Part shown: one piece after another, positions 51,479-64,000 of the stretch
Numbering within the stretch: the first letter of the stretch is position 1
How the letters are laid out: every line of letters begins with the position of its first letter
NCBI GenBank assembly: GCA_944320495.1
Contig: CALUHR010000013.1
Span: forward strand, 192,001-256,000
DNA length: 64,000 bases
Reading direction: 5' to 3'
Source of the DNA: Candidatus Methanomethylophilaceae archaeon
Lineage (GTDB): Archaea > Thermoplasmatota > Thermoplasmata > Methanomassiliicoccales > Methanomethylophilaceae
Notes under the pieces: generated by a model
Told to the model about the DNA's origin: nothing
The model's input: only the letters and a program-made list of their open reading frames with translations
Database searches by the model: none
Program-made: the position numbers and the translations under genes

Positions 51479-51601
51479 CGGCGGGTCCACGCCATCGCCG
51501 TATATAAGGGAAAAGGGGTCTGGGATGGAATTTAAATTACACAATGTAATTAAATAAGCCCGTGACCATGTCCCTGCGTCCGCAAGGACGGATGATGTCA
51601 T

Positions 51602-52342
51602 ATGGTGAAGCAGACCGCTGGAAGGGATTCGCTCGGGGATTTCGCACCGAAGTTCGCCGAGCTGAACGACGATGTGCTGTTCGGGGAGGTGTGGTCCAGG
51701 GAGAACGGGCTGTCGCTGCGCGACAGGTCGCTGGTGACGGTCGTATCCCTGATGTCCCAGGGACTCACGGACTCGTCGTTCAGGTACCATCTGGAATCAG
51801 CGAGGAGGAACGGGATCACCAGGACGGAGATCGCCGAGATCCTCACGCATGCGGCGTTCTACGCCGGCTGGCCGAAGGCCTGGGCCGCGTTCAACATGGC
51901 CAAGGAGGTCTGGGCCGAGGAGCCGGCGGACGATGCCAGGGCAAGGCACCAGACAGAGATGGTCTTCCCGATCGGGGAGCTCAACGATTCGTATGCGCGG
52001 TACTTCACCGGAAGGAGCTACCTGGCGCCCGTGTCCACGTCCCAGATCGGGGTGTTCAACGTGACCTTCGAGCCGGGCTGCAGGAACAACTGGCACATAC
52101 ACCACGCGGAGACCGGCGGAGGGCAGATACTCATCTGCGTCGCGGGGAGGGGGCGCTACCAGGAATGGGGCGGCGAGATCCGCGAGCTGAATCCCGGGGA
52201 CGTCGTCAACATCCCCGCCAACGTGAAGCACTGGCACGGGGCGGCGCCGGACAGCTGGTTCTCCCATCTTGCGATAGAGGTCCCCGGAACGGGGACGTCG
52301 AACGAATGGTGCGAGCCCGTGGACGACTCGCAGTACCGCCGA
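51602..52342 (+). CDS. Carboxymuconolactone decarboxylase-family domain fused to a cupin (proposed CGA stop 52340-52342; TGA at 52351)
   Basis: LFGEVWSRE.LSLRDRSLVT, HAAFYAGWP, FEPGCRNNWHIH, KHWHGA. Confidence 0.88.
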
Positions 52343-52470
52343 CCGCGATGAACGGGCCTCAGACGATCGCCCGTGCTGGACGAAGCTCCGTTCAGACCGC
52401 TTAAATACAGAACGACAGAAGTCGGATTGGGCCGGACGAAGGAATTCTTCCGGACCCAGGGCGTGGAATC

Positions 52471-53139
52471 ATGGATGAGATCGACATGATGGAGGCGATC
52501 AGGGAGAGACACTCCGTCAGGAGGTACACGAACAGGAGGATCGAGGATCCCGAGAGGAGCCGGCTCCAGGAGGTTGTAGAAGCCTGCAACGCGCAGGGCG
52601 GCCTCAGGTTCCAGCTGTTCACCGACTCTCCGGGCGCCTTCGACGGCATCCTCTCCGGGGGGTTCAGGAACGTCGTGAACTACGTCGCCCTCGTCAAGAA
52701 GATCTCCGAGCCCGACGAGAAGGTCGGGTACTACGGAGAGGAGGTGGCACTCCGCGCACAGCAGCTGGGTCTGAGGACCTGCTGGGTCGGGCTCTCCTAC
52801 AGCAAGAGGAGGTGCAGGGCGGAGATCGCCGACGACGAGAAGCTGGTATGCTTGCTGGCCGTCGGGTACGGAGAGAACGATGGGACGGCCCACAGGAGCA
52901 GGCCCGCGGACCAGATCGGAAGATGCGAGGGGGATGCCCCGGAATGGTTCTCAAAGGGCATCGAGGCCGTGATGCTGGCGCCCTCGGCCATGAACAGGCA
53001 GAGGTTCAGATTCGTCCTCCAGGGGGACGGGCGCGTAAGAGCGGAGACCTCTGGGGGCGCCTACTCCGAGGTGGACCGGGGCATAGCGAAGCTGCACTTC
53101 GAGATCGGCGCCGGGACCGACAACTTCGAGTGGGCCCGA
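52471..53139 (+). CDS. Nitroreductase family protein (tandem CGA CGA stop at 53137-53142)
   Basis: ERHSVRRY, LRTCWVG, LAPSAMNRQ, GIAKLHFEIGAG..NFEWA; 222 aa. Confidence 0.88.
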
Positions 53140-53160
53140 CGACGGGATCGGGGTTTGAAG

Positions 53161-53186
53161 GGCCCCGCCCTGAATCGGGCGGGGCC
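53161..53186. terminator. Bidirectional GC hairpin between nitroreductase and trpB2
   Basis: GGCCCCGCCC-TGAATC-GGGCGGGGCC, 19 nt after the CGA CGA. Confidence 0.65.
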
Positions 53187-53193
53187 GTCTGAT

Positions 53194-54519
53194 TCAGTCG
53201 TCGATCGACGAGGACTGCATGGTGCCCTCGAGATACTGGTCGTAGCCGTAGAGGTCGAGGAACCCGTGGCCGGAGAGGCAGAACACGATGGTCTTCTCCT
53301 CGCCGGTGGCCTTGCACTCCAGGGCCTTGTCGATGGCCGCCTTGATCGCATGGCAGGACTCTGGCGCTGCCACGATGCCCTCGGTCTTCGCGAAGAGAAC
53401 GCCGGCCTCGAACGTCTCGGTCTGGTCGTACGCCACCGCCGTCAGGAGGTTCTGGTCGTACGCGGCGGACACGAGCGGGGACATGCCGTGGTATCTGAGG
53501 CCTCCGGCGTGGATACTCTTGGGGATGAACTCGGACCCGAGGGTGTACATCATCAGAAGGGGCGTGACGCCGGCGGTGTCGCCGTAGTCGTACCTGAACT
53601 CCCCCTCGGTGAGCGAGGGCGCGGCCTTGGGCTCGACGGCGATGATCTCGGTCTCGCTCCTGCCCTTGATCTTCTCGTGCATCATGGGGAAGGTGAATCC
53701 GGCGAAGTTCGAACCGCCGCCGACACAGGCGATCATGTAGTCCGGGGTAATCTCGGCCTTCTGCATCTGCAGCATGGCCTCCTCCCCGATGACGGTCTGA
53801 TGCAGCATCACATGGTTCAGGACGCTGCCGAGGGCGTAGCACGTGCCCTCGTCCTTCATTGCGAGCTCGCAGGCCTCGGAGATTGCGATGCCCAGGGACC
53901 CTGTGGTGTCCGGATGCTCCTTGAGGATCTTCTTCCCGAACTCGGTGTACTCGGACGGGGAAGCGTAGACCTCGGCACCGTACATGTGCATCAGGGTCTT
54001 CCTGAAGGGCTTCTGGTTGTAGCTGCCCTTGACCATGAACACCGTGGTGTCTATGTCGAAGAGATTGGACACCATGGCGAGGGCTGTGCCCCACTGACCG
54101 GCGCCGGTCTCGGTGGTGAGTGTGTGGATGCCCGACTCCGCGTTGTAGTACGCCTGTGCGAGGGCTGTGTTGCCCTTGTGGCTGCCCAGGGGGCTCATGT
54201 CCTCCCTCTTGAAGTAGATCTTCGCGGGGGTCTTGAGGTACCTCTCGAGGCGGTAGGCCCTCTGGAGGGGCGACGGCCTGTTGAGGGCGACAAGGTTGTC
54301 CCTGACCTCCTCGGGAATGTCGATGTACCTCTCGGTGGAGGCCTCCTGCTGGATGATGGGCTTGCAGAAGATCGCCTCGAAGTCCTGCGGCTTGGCGGGC
54401 TCCTTCGTGACGGGATTGAGCGGGGGCTTGATCTCCGGGAGGTCCGCGGCGAGGTTGTACCAGCGCTTGGGGATCTCCTCGGGATCGAGTGTGATGCGAA
54501 CGTCCTTCGGTATTGCCAT
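53194..54519 (-). CDS. trpB2: TrpB-like PLP enzyme (TrpB2)
   Basis: IPKRWYN, GSHKGNTA, TETGAGQWG, LGSVLNHV, CVGGGSNFAG, HAGGLRYHGM, LSGHG.LD. Confidence 0.95.
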   Translation of the reverse strand: MAIPKDVRITLDPEEIPKRWYNLAADLPEIKPPLNPVTKEPAKPQDFEAIFCKPIIQQEASTERYIDIPEEVRDNLVALNRPSPLQRAYRLERYLKTPAKIYFKREDMSPLGSHKGNTALAQAYYNAESGIHTLTTETGAGQWGTALAMVSNLFDIDTTVFMVKGSYNQKPFRKTLMHMYGAEVYASPSEYTEFGKKILKEHPDTTGSLGIAISEACELAMKDEGTCYALGSVLNHVMLHQTVIGEEAMLQMQKAEITPDYMIACVGGGSNFAGFTFPMMHEKIKGRSETEIIAVEPKAAPSLTEGEFRYDYGDTAGVTPLLMMYTLGSEFIPKSIHAGGLRYHGMSPLVSAAYDQNLLTAVAYDQTETFEAGVLFAKTEGIVAAPESCHAIKAAIDKALECKATGEEKTIVFCLSGHGFLDLYGYDQYLEGTMQSSSIDD

Positions 54520-55237
54520 GAGAGGATGATGGCCATCGCTGATATTTGTATATAATGGTATGTTGGTGTATAATATTATTCAATATTTGACTTGTTAATG
54601 ATTAAATGTCTGATGACCATATACCAATGAACGTGGATGTCATGAGACCACCTTTTCGGGATGAACAATCGTAGCGTGCGCGGGCGATCGCCTCGAAGAA
54701 TGGGGACGGCAGCCGCCTGAGGATCATCCAGAGCCAATGCTCGGACGTCTCGTACGGGAATCGGCGGCGAGGCGCGAATGCGACCTCGGGGAAGGCATTC
54801 GTGGATCCGATGGGGGCGGGATCGGCATCATCCTGCAGATTCGAGGCTCCTAACGGCGCGATCCTCGTGAGGCATGTCGCAGGCCGCTGCCTCCACCTCG
54901 TCCATGGTCCTTCCCCAGCCGACCGCCTTTCCATCCCGGCGACCGGGTCGCATCCCATCCCAGCTCCGGGAATCCCACAGGCCAGGCGATGTGGCACATA
55001 GCGTACCCGTATTAAAGGCAATTCGCCTAACATGAACGAATAAAATATGTGATGTAGCTCAATATAATGGTCTGTCGGAATTGTCTGGCACTGTCCGAGA
55101 CCGAGGGATCCCTCATGGGTCAATCATCTCGCGGATGCCAGGTCGGACCCATCGGCCATCGCGGCGTTCGCGTCGCGGGCGGGCGCGCCTTTTAGATTAA
55201 ATATTTAATCAAAGCACCCATCGCACCGCCGATTAGC

Positions 55238-56782
55238 ATGCACTGGGCAGACGTTATTGCCAAGGATGTCGTGGACAACTGCGACCATCCGCTCATCGCG
55301 ACCGGGATCAGCCCGACGGGTATCCTGCATGTGGGCAGCCTCAGGGAGGCCATCACCGGCGAGTCCATCCGCAGCGCCGTCGAGGCCATGGGGAAGGAAG
55401 TCAGACTCATCTACCTCATCGACGACTTCGACCCCCTGAGGAAACGCTACCCGTTCCTCCCCGAGGAGTATGAGCAGTACGTCGGGATGCCCATCTGCCG
55501 CATCCCCTGCCCCTGCGGGAAGCACCAGAACTACGCCCACCACTTCATCCAGCCGTTCCTCGACACCATCGAGACCCTGGGCATGCACTGCGAGGTGGTC
55601 TGGACCCACGAGCTCTACGAGAAGGGCGAGTTCGCCGAGTGCATCGACAAGGCCCTGACCAAGAGGGACGAGGTGATCGAGATCCTCCACGAGGTCACCG
55701 GCAAGGCGGCGGACCCCAACTACGCCCCTTACAACCCCATCTGCAGCAAGTGCGGGCGCTTCTGCCACCCCAAGTTCGACACCTACAAGTTCCCCCACCT
55801 GGAGTACGAGTGCACCTGCGGGAACAAGGGCGTCGCCAACGTCTCCAAGGGCGAGGGGAAGCTGACCTGGAGGCTCGAGTGGCCCGCCAAGTGGTCCATC
55901 TTCGGCACCTCCGCGGAGCCCTTCGGCAAGGACCACGCCGCGGCCGGCGGATCCTACGAGTCCGGCAAGATCATCATGGAGAGGATCTACGGCGGCAAGG
56001 CACCGTTCCCCATACCCTACGAGTTCGTCCAGCTCAAGGGGATCGGGCAGATGCACAAGTCCCTGGGGAGCCCCGTCACCGGCCTCGACGCCATCAATAT
56101 GATGCCCCCGGAGGTCCTGAACTACCTGTTCCTCAGGGTCAACCCCCCGAAGAGCATCGACTTCGACCCCGGGCTCGGAGTCCTGGACATGATCGACGAG
56201 TACGACAGGATGGAGAGGCTCTACTTCGGCGGCGAGTGGTCCGAGTCCGAGGAGAACTCCGTCGCGGCGTACAAGATCGCCCAGCACAACCGCATCCCCT
56301 CCAAGCTTCCCCTGCAGATCCCCTGCAGGCACCTGATCAACGTCATCCAGATGGCCAACTCCTTCGACGAGGTCGTCGAGATCCTGAAGAGGACCATCGA
56401 CCTGTCCCAGGCCACCATGGAGGACATGGACAGGCTCAGGACCAGGGTCGACTGCCTCAGGTACTGGCTCAACGGATTCGCACCCGACATGGTGAAGTTC
56501 AGCATCCGCCAGACCATCCCGACCTCCGTCGAGCTGACCATGAACGACAAGACGTTCTACCAGGCCCTCGTCCAGAGGTTCAACGACATCAACTGGGACG
56601 TCGACTCGATCAACACGGCCTTCAACGAGGTCGCCAAGACCATGCCCGTCGGATCCAAGGGCGCCTACAAGGCGATGTACAAGATCCTCATCGCCAAGGA
56701 GGCGGGACCCAGGCTCGCGCTCTTCCTTGCCAGCATGGACAAGAAGTTCGTCATCAACAGGCTCATCCAGGCCTGCCAGTGA
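55238..56782 (+). CDS. lysS: Lysyl-tRNA synthetase class I
   Basis: MHWAD, GISPTGILHVG (HIGH), EPFGKDHAAAGGSY, MHKSLG (KMSKS-like), GPRL. Confidence 0.96.
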   Translation: MHWADVIAKDVVDNCDHPLIATGISPTGILHVGSLREAITGESIRSAVEAMGKEVRLIYLIDDFDPLRKRYPFLPEEYEQYVGMPICRIPCPCGKHQNYAHHFIQPFLDTIETLGMHCEVVWTHELYEKGEFAECIDKALTKRDEVIEILHEVTGKAADPNYAPYNPICSKCGRFCHPKFDTYKFPHLEYECTCGNKGVANVSKGEGKLTWRLEWPAKWSIFGTSAEPFGKDHAAAGGSYESGKIIMERIYGGKAPFPIPYEFVQLKGIGQMHKSLGSPVTGLDAINMMPPEVLNYLFLRVNPPKSIDFDPGLGVLDMIDEYDRMERLYFGGEWSESEENSVAAYKIAQHNRIPSKLPLQIPCRHLINVIQMANSFDEVVEILKRTIDLSQATMEDMDRLRTRVDCLRYWLNGFAPDMVKFSIRQTIPTSVELTMNDKTFYQALVQRFNDINWDVDSINTAFNEVAKTMPVGSKGAYKAMYKILIAKEAGPRLALFLASMDKKFVINRLIQACQ

Positions 56783-56866
56783 AACACGTTCCAGGAGGGG
56801 TGGATATGCCCCTCCGCAACCCTTCTCCGTCGATACCATTACAATGGTGACCCCGATACGGCGGTC

Positions 56867-57340
56867 ATGGAACTGACCCCCAAGAGATTCTTCATCACGC
56901 ACAGCTCGGCCACCAGCGAGGTCTCCGACCTCAACGCGTTCGACAGGGCGCTGATCAAGGCAGGCATAGGGGAGCAGAACCTCGTGTCAGTGTCGTCGGT
57001 CATCCCCATCGACGCTGAGCGCGTCGAGATCTGCGAGATGCCCATGGGGGCTGTCACGCACTGCGTGCTCGCGCAGATGAGAGGGACCGAGGGGGAGATG
57101 ATCGCAGCCGGGATCGCCTACGCCTTCAGAAAGGACGGCAAGGGCGGATACGTGGCCGAGGGACACATCCACGGATCGGCGGAGTCCCTGAGGGAGAACC
57201 TCGCCTGGAAGATGAGGGAGATGTCCAACATCAGGGGAGTGGAATTCGGGGAGGTCCAGTTCGCCCTGGAGGAGCTCCGCATCCCCAAGGACATGTACGG
57301 GTGCTGCGTGGCGGCGCTGGTGTTCACCGAGTACAGGTGA
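56867..57340 (+). CDS. pdaD: Pyruvoyl-dependent arginine decarboxylase
   Basis: LNAFDRALIKAGIGEQNLVSVSSVIP (Ser-Ser cleavage site). Confidence 0.9.
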   Translation: MELTPKRFFITHSSATSEVSDLNAFDRALIKAGIGEQNLVSVSSVIPIDAERVEICEMPMGAVTHCVLAQMRGTEGEMIAAGIAYAFRKDGKGGYVAEGHIHGSAESLRENLAWKMREMSNIRGVEFGEVQFALEELRIPKDMYGCCVAALVFTEYR

Positions 57341-57391
57341 ACAGAGAGGTCCATATTTCGATGGCACGGGCAATAGACTGGGGATTCCACT

Positions 57392-58987
57392 TCGTTCGAC
57401 CCTAGCTACAACATCGAAATCGTCACTAACGCCCAGAGCCTCGAACAGCCTTGGCACTCTCCTGTCCCGCGACCCTCTGATCAATCCATTGACCGTAATC
57501 GTCGCCTTGTATGTCGAGGCCATGAGGAACGCCCTGGAGACGTCGACATCCTTCATACCGGCGGCGTCGAGAGTCCTCTGTATCTCCGAGTAGATCGTTA
57601 TCGCGATGAACTCGATGAACAGATGCGGTTCTGTGCGGACGCCCTTGCAGATATAACGCTTCAGCTGCCTGGAGCCACCATTGAACTGGGCTATCGCCCT
57701 GGAGATCGCGGTCCTCGCCACGCGCCCGGACACCACGTCATCCCATTCAGCCGAGCGCAGGACGACAAACGTCTTCCCCGCATCGGTCCTGAACTCAGAA
57801 ATCCTGCCGCGCCTTCTGATGAGACTCATGGTCCCATCCTCATCGATGACGTAGCGTAGGAACCGCTCGAACCGCCCTGCGACCTTCTCGAAGGCCTCCG
57901 CCGGATACTCGAACACCTTCCCCTCCAGACGGAATTCTATGTCAGAGAGGGCATCCCTCAGGGCCACGACCTCCTCCGCCCTCATACGCGGGTCGTAACA
58001 GAGGAACGATATGAGGCCCATAACCGCATCCCCGAACCTGGGATCTGTCTGTGGCACCAAGATCTGCCCTCCCGTGCCCTGCAAAAGCCCGACGACCCCC
58101 TCCTGAAGATAATACTCCCTCCCGGAATGCTCCTTCCTGAAGCATGGGGATTCCACGTCCCGGTAATCGGACTGCACCGCCCGGAACTGATCGGAATCTG
58201 CGGCGTACGGTATCGCGAAGTCCACATCGCCATCTATCAAGCCCGTGAGATCCAGAGTGGGACTGATCGCCGTGTCCGCGATGAACACACAGTCCGAGGT
58301 CTTGCGAATCGACTGCATGACCTCCACCAGCTCCGACGTATCACGGGAAATGTCACCCACGGGGCTGAACGCTATAGGCATCCCGTCCTCGGTCATTATG
58401 ATCAGGATGGAGACCTCGGTCGCGGGGTCCCTCCTCTCCCGGGCCTGTATGATGTCGTCAGAATCGATCGTCTGATGCGCATATGCGTAGAGCTTCCCGG
58501 AATGCATGGACCATCTGCGTCTGAAGAATGCGAACATCCTGTCAAGGTCGATGGAATTTACAATCCCGCGCACATCCGCGCTCCCGATGCGAGCATCGAG
58601 ACCCAGCAGGTATGGGATGCACGAAGAGTTGAGCACCAGATCGATCGAATCCGATGGTGTCGGCCTGATAGCCTGCGCCAGCGCCAGGGCGAGTATCCTG
58701 TCCGCATCCTTCCCGAACACTCCCTCAAGGTCCTCGCGAATGCCCAGGCGCTCGGCCACGGTAAACGCCAGAAGGGCATCCCCATAGTTGACCATCCTGG
58801 CCCCGTCCGGGGGCAGCTCGCGTGGAGGTACACGGGCGACCTTCTCATGTATCTCCCCCGTCTCCGGATCGACCACGCCCAGATACCGCTTGACCGAGAC
58901 GGGGTTCTTCCTCCCCGGCACGCGTTTGGACGTGGACGTGTATGCGTATGTCTTGCCGTTGCGGTTCTCGTACCTTATGGACGACAT
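57392..58987 (-). mobile_element. IS1634-like transposase homolog with degenerate DDE (proposed CGA stop 57392-57394)
   Basis: N-terminus KTYAYTSTS..VPGRKNP..YLGVVDPETGEI, YGDALL, C-terminal FIEFIAITI. No terminal inverted repeats recognised. Confidence 0.7.
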
Positions 58988-59015
58988 GGCGACCATCCAT
59001 CCTCGGTCTGTGCGA

Positions 59016-59201
59016 TCGGTCCCTGTCGGACAGGAGCCTTCCCGCGGTCGCGATGCTCTCGCGCGGCAGCTCGTGGAACAACACTGTGATGGCCTGCTCG
59101 GGGATGCCAGATATCCTGGAGAACTCCGTCGTGATGACGGTGGCCGCCTCCCTCTTCTTCTCCACCGTGAGCTGCGACGATTCGATGGTTATTACCGGCA
59201 T
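59016..59201 (-). CDS. 4-oxalocrotonate tautomerase family protein (proposed CGA stop 59016-59018)
   Basis: Catalytic N-terminal Pro (MPVITIE), GRLLSDR; 61 aa, the typical family length. Confidence 0.9.
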
Positions 59202-59244
59202 GCGCAGTGCATGGAGCTACGCGCAAATCAATATTTTGTCGGTT

Positions 59245-60984
59245 TCATCTGCGACGGCCCTTACCGCCCCTGCCGTTCCCCTTCGGCTTGGACCTCTTCT
59301 CGTAGCCGTCATCGACGAAGATCGACTCGAACACGGCGGTCTCGCCCAGCTGCTCGAACCTGGAACGGAGGAACTCCTTCGCCGCCGCGTCCTCGCAGAC
59401 CTTGGACAGCCACTTCACGGACGGGAGCGACCTGTCGCCGTACATCGCCATGTACAGCTTGGCGGACTCCAGCTCCTCACCGATGTCGTGCAGGATGTAG
59501 ACCAGCTGCTTGGAGTTGTGCTCGCCGGACCTGGCCATGGTGACCAGTTCATGCCTGCACTCGTCCATGCCCTTGAGACAGCCCCTCTTGAGCCAGTCGA
59601 GGCCCCTGGACCCGCCCATGAGCCTCGCCACCTCGACGGTCCTGTTCCCATCGAGGCCGCAGTACCTGTCCAGATGTTCGGCGTCCTCCCCGTCGTAGCA
59701 TCCGACCAGCCCGGCGGCGTCCCCGCGGGCCAGGTACATGGATGCGAGCCCTTTCCTGACGTCCTTCCTGTTCTTGACGGGCATCAGCTCGGCGACAGCG
59801 TCGTCGGAGCCGGCGACGGCCGCGTTGATCATGGGCTGTATCCAGTCCCCTCCCTGGGCCTGGACCTTCTTGGCGGAGAGGAACCTGCCGAACGGCGTGT
59901 CGGAGATGCCGAGCTCGGCGGACATGGAGACGATGATGCGGGAGAAGTCCTGCATGCCGCCCCTCAGGTACGCCTCTCTGTCCTCAGAATCGAGGTATCC
60001 CAGGAGGAATCCCGCATCCGGGAACGTTGAGGACAGGTCGGCGAGACGCCTCCTGGCGGATGCGTCGCCCTTCATGGCCTTGATGAACGCCGGGCTTATG
60101 GACTGGCGCTCCTTGGCCCTCCTGTCCATCGCCTTGAGATGGTTCTCGGCCTTCCTGGAATCCTTCTTCCTGACCAGGAGCTTCAGGCCGTCGCGGACCA
60201 TGGCCTCGTCATCGTCTGCATGGGATGCGAGAACATCGATGCGGGGGTCGTCACCCCCGATGCGCCCGAGGCGGATCAGGCTGTAGACGGCGAGAGGATC
60301 GCCCTCGGACGACCTGGACTCGAGGAACGAGCCGTCGTAGTCCGGATCGAGGGTGGAGCAGATGTAGTCGAAGGCCACGAGGACCTCCTCGGGGGAGTCC
60401 TTGGCGGCCCTTCCCCTGGCCGTGGCGAACTCGTCCCTTCCCATCTCGTGGAGCATGCGGGCGGCGTTGCTCTCGCATCCGCCGCTGAGCTTGGCTGCGC
60501 CGTGGAGGTACAGCCTGAGGGCCAGGTCCTTCCTGCCGTTGACCTCGCAGTCGATGCCTTTGAAGAGGATCTTCTCCGGGGTGGACGGGATGGTGAGCCT
60601 GACCTCCGTCTGCTCCCTCGGCCTCTGCTCCTCCTTCCCGCGCGGAGCGCGGTCGTCGCGCCTATGCTCGCGCCTCTGCCCGTGCTGATTGTCGCGCCTC
60701 CCGTCGTACCGGCGGTCGCGTCCCTGGGGCCTGTCGCCCTTCGGGCGGTCCCCCTTGCCCTTGTCATCATGGTTCCTGGGGCGGGCATCGCGCCTCTGCC
60801 CGTCCCTGCGATCCTGACCGTGTCCCTGCCCATCGCGGCGTCCGTCCCTGCGGCTGTCGCAGGGAGCGCCCCTGTAGTCCCTCTTCGGGCCCTTTCCGCG
60901 GTCGCCCCTTGCATCATCGCGTCTGCGGTCTCCGCGGTAGCCGCTCTTTCCGGAGGTTCTCCTGTCAGCATCGTCCTGGCTCAT
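59245..60984 (-). CDS. Hypothetical protein with R/D/G-rich disordered N-terminus and helical (Sel1/TPR-like) core
   Basis: About 95 aa of RRD/DRRD/GDRP repeats, then helical repeats, then a basic tail. Confidence 0.75.
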   Translation of the reverse strand: MSQDDADRRTSGKSGYRGDRRRDDARGDRGKGPKRDYRGAPCDSRRDGRRDGQGHGQDRRDGQRRDARPRNHDDKGKGDRPKGDRPQGRDRRYDGRRDNQHGQRREHRRDDRAPRGKEEQRPREQTEVRLTIPSTPEKILFKGIDCEVNGRKDLALRLYLHGAAKLSGGCESNAARMLHEMGRDEFATARGRAAKDSPEEVLVAFDYICSTLDPDYDGSFLESRSSEGDPLAVYSLIRLGRIGGDDPRIDVLASHADDDEAMVRDGLKLLVRKKDSRKAENHLKAMDRRAKERQSISPAFIKAMKGDASARRRLADLSSTFPDAGFLLGYLDSEDREAYLRGGMQDFSRIIVSMSAELGISDTPFGRFLSAKKVQAQGGDWIQPMINAAVAGSDDAVAELMPVKNRKDVRKGLASMYLARGDAAGLVGCYDGEDAEHLDRYCGLDGNRTVEVARLMGGSRGLDWLKRGCLKGMDECRHELVTMARSGEHNSKQLVYILHDIGEELESAKLYMAMYGDRSLPSVKWLSKVCEDAAAKEFLRSRFEQLGETAVFESIFVDDGYEKRSKPKGNGRGGKGRRR

Positions 60985-61129
60985 GGGAAGTCTGAGCGAC
61001 GACAAGCGGAGCCCCTTTTATTATTATGGGAAAGGAGGGGGCCCTCGCCGACCCCATAAACAAAGTTTTTTATAGAAGTTCTTGCATATACAGAGGTTGT
61101 GAACTGAAGGTTAACAACCTAGAGGTGAG

Positions 61130-63804
<2,675 letters not shown>

Positions 63805-63872
63805 GCCTGGGGCCGCATGAAACCCCTTACCCTCCCCCGGGAGGGTCAAACATACTGAATGAGGTGAGAAGG

Positions 63873-64000
63873 ATGAGTGGAACAGACGACATTTGGAACG
63901 ACCTCTTCGGAGGCTTCGACAGCCTGAACAGGAGGATCGAGGACATGTTCTCCAGGATGGACATGTCCGGGCCCGACGTGAAGACCTACGGGTACACGAT
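63873..64000 (+). CDS. Archaeal Hsp20-type small heat shock protein (partial)
   Basis: SD GAGGTGA; MSGTDDIWNDLFGGFDSLNRRIEDMF..KTYGY; follows cdc48. Confidence 0.65.
   Translation, partial: MSGTDDIWNDLFGGFDSLNRRIEDMFSRMDMSGPDVKTYGYT

Noticed and set aside
53143-54555. Nitroreductase C-terminal extension (694-aa ORF)
   Set aside because: Antisense shadow of trpB2, lying beyond CGA CGA and a terminator hairpin.
60640-60960. Repetitive DNA that might be a CRISPR or tandem array
   Set aside because: Irregular repeats that encode the RD-rich protein segment; no constant repeat-spacer period.

Overview
A GC-rich archaeal chromosome segment, most likely from a Methanomassiliicoccales (Methanomethylophilaceae-like) methanogen. 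The assignment is an inference from the gene set (secE-spt5-rpl11, rpl1-rplP0-rpl12, tfb, priL, alpha2-type endA, class I lysS, trpB2, cdc48) and the near-absence of TAG stops. About 60 genes are present: a heptose/glycosyltransferase cluster (1.6-9 kb), a surface-glycan locus (10.5-26 kb), housekeeping genes, and an IS1634-like transposase with degenerate motifs. The main result is that CGA behaves as a stop codon. At least 17 genes carry an in-frame CGA at or near the point where family homology ends. In many of them the standard-code ORF then runs 0.1-1.4 kb through neighbouring genes or promoters. CGA codons directly abut the stops of convergent genes (CGA|TCG, CGA|TCA, TGA|TCG). A by-eye check of Arg codons in about 30 genes found only one internal CGA, at the GmhA/GmhB domain junction. 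CDS ends below use the CGA stop where it applies. Secondary candidates are a PGI/PMI paralog pair with complementary loss of active-site motifs (probable obligate heterodimer), a CDP-alditol/GT-C glycan module, a degenerate CdrS-FtsZ2-like pair and a probable L1 autoregulatory leader. No rRNA, tRNA or CRISPR array was recognised.
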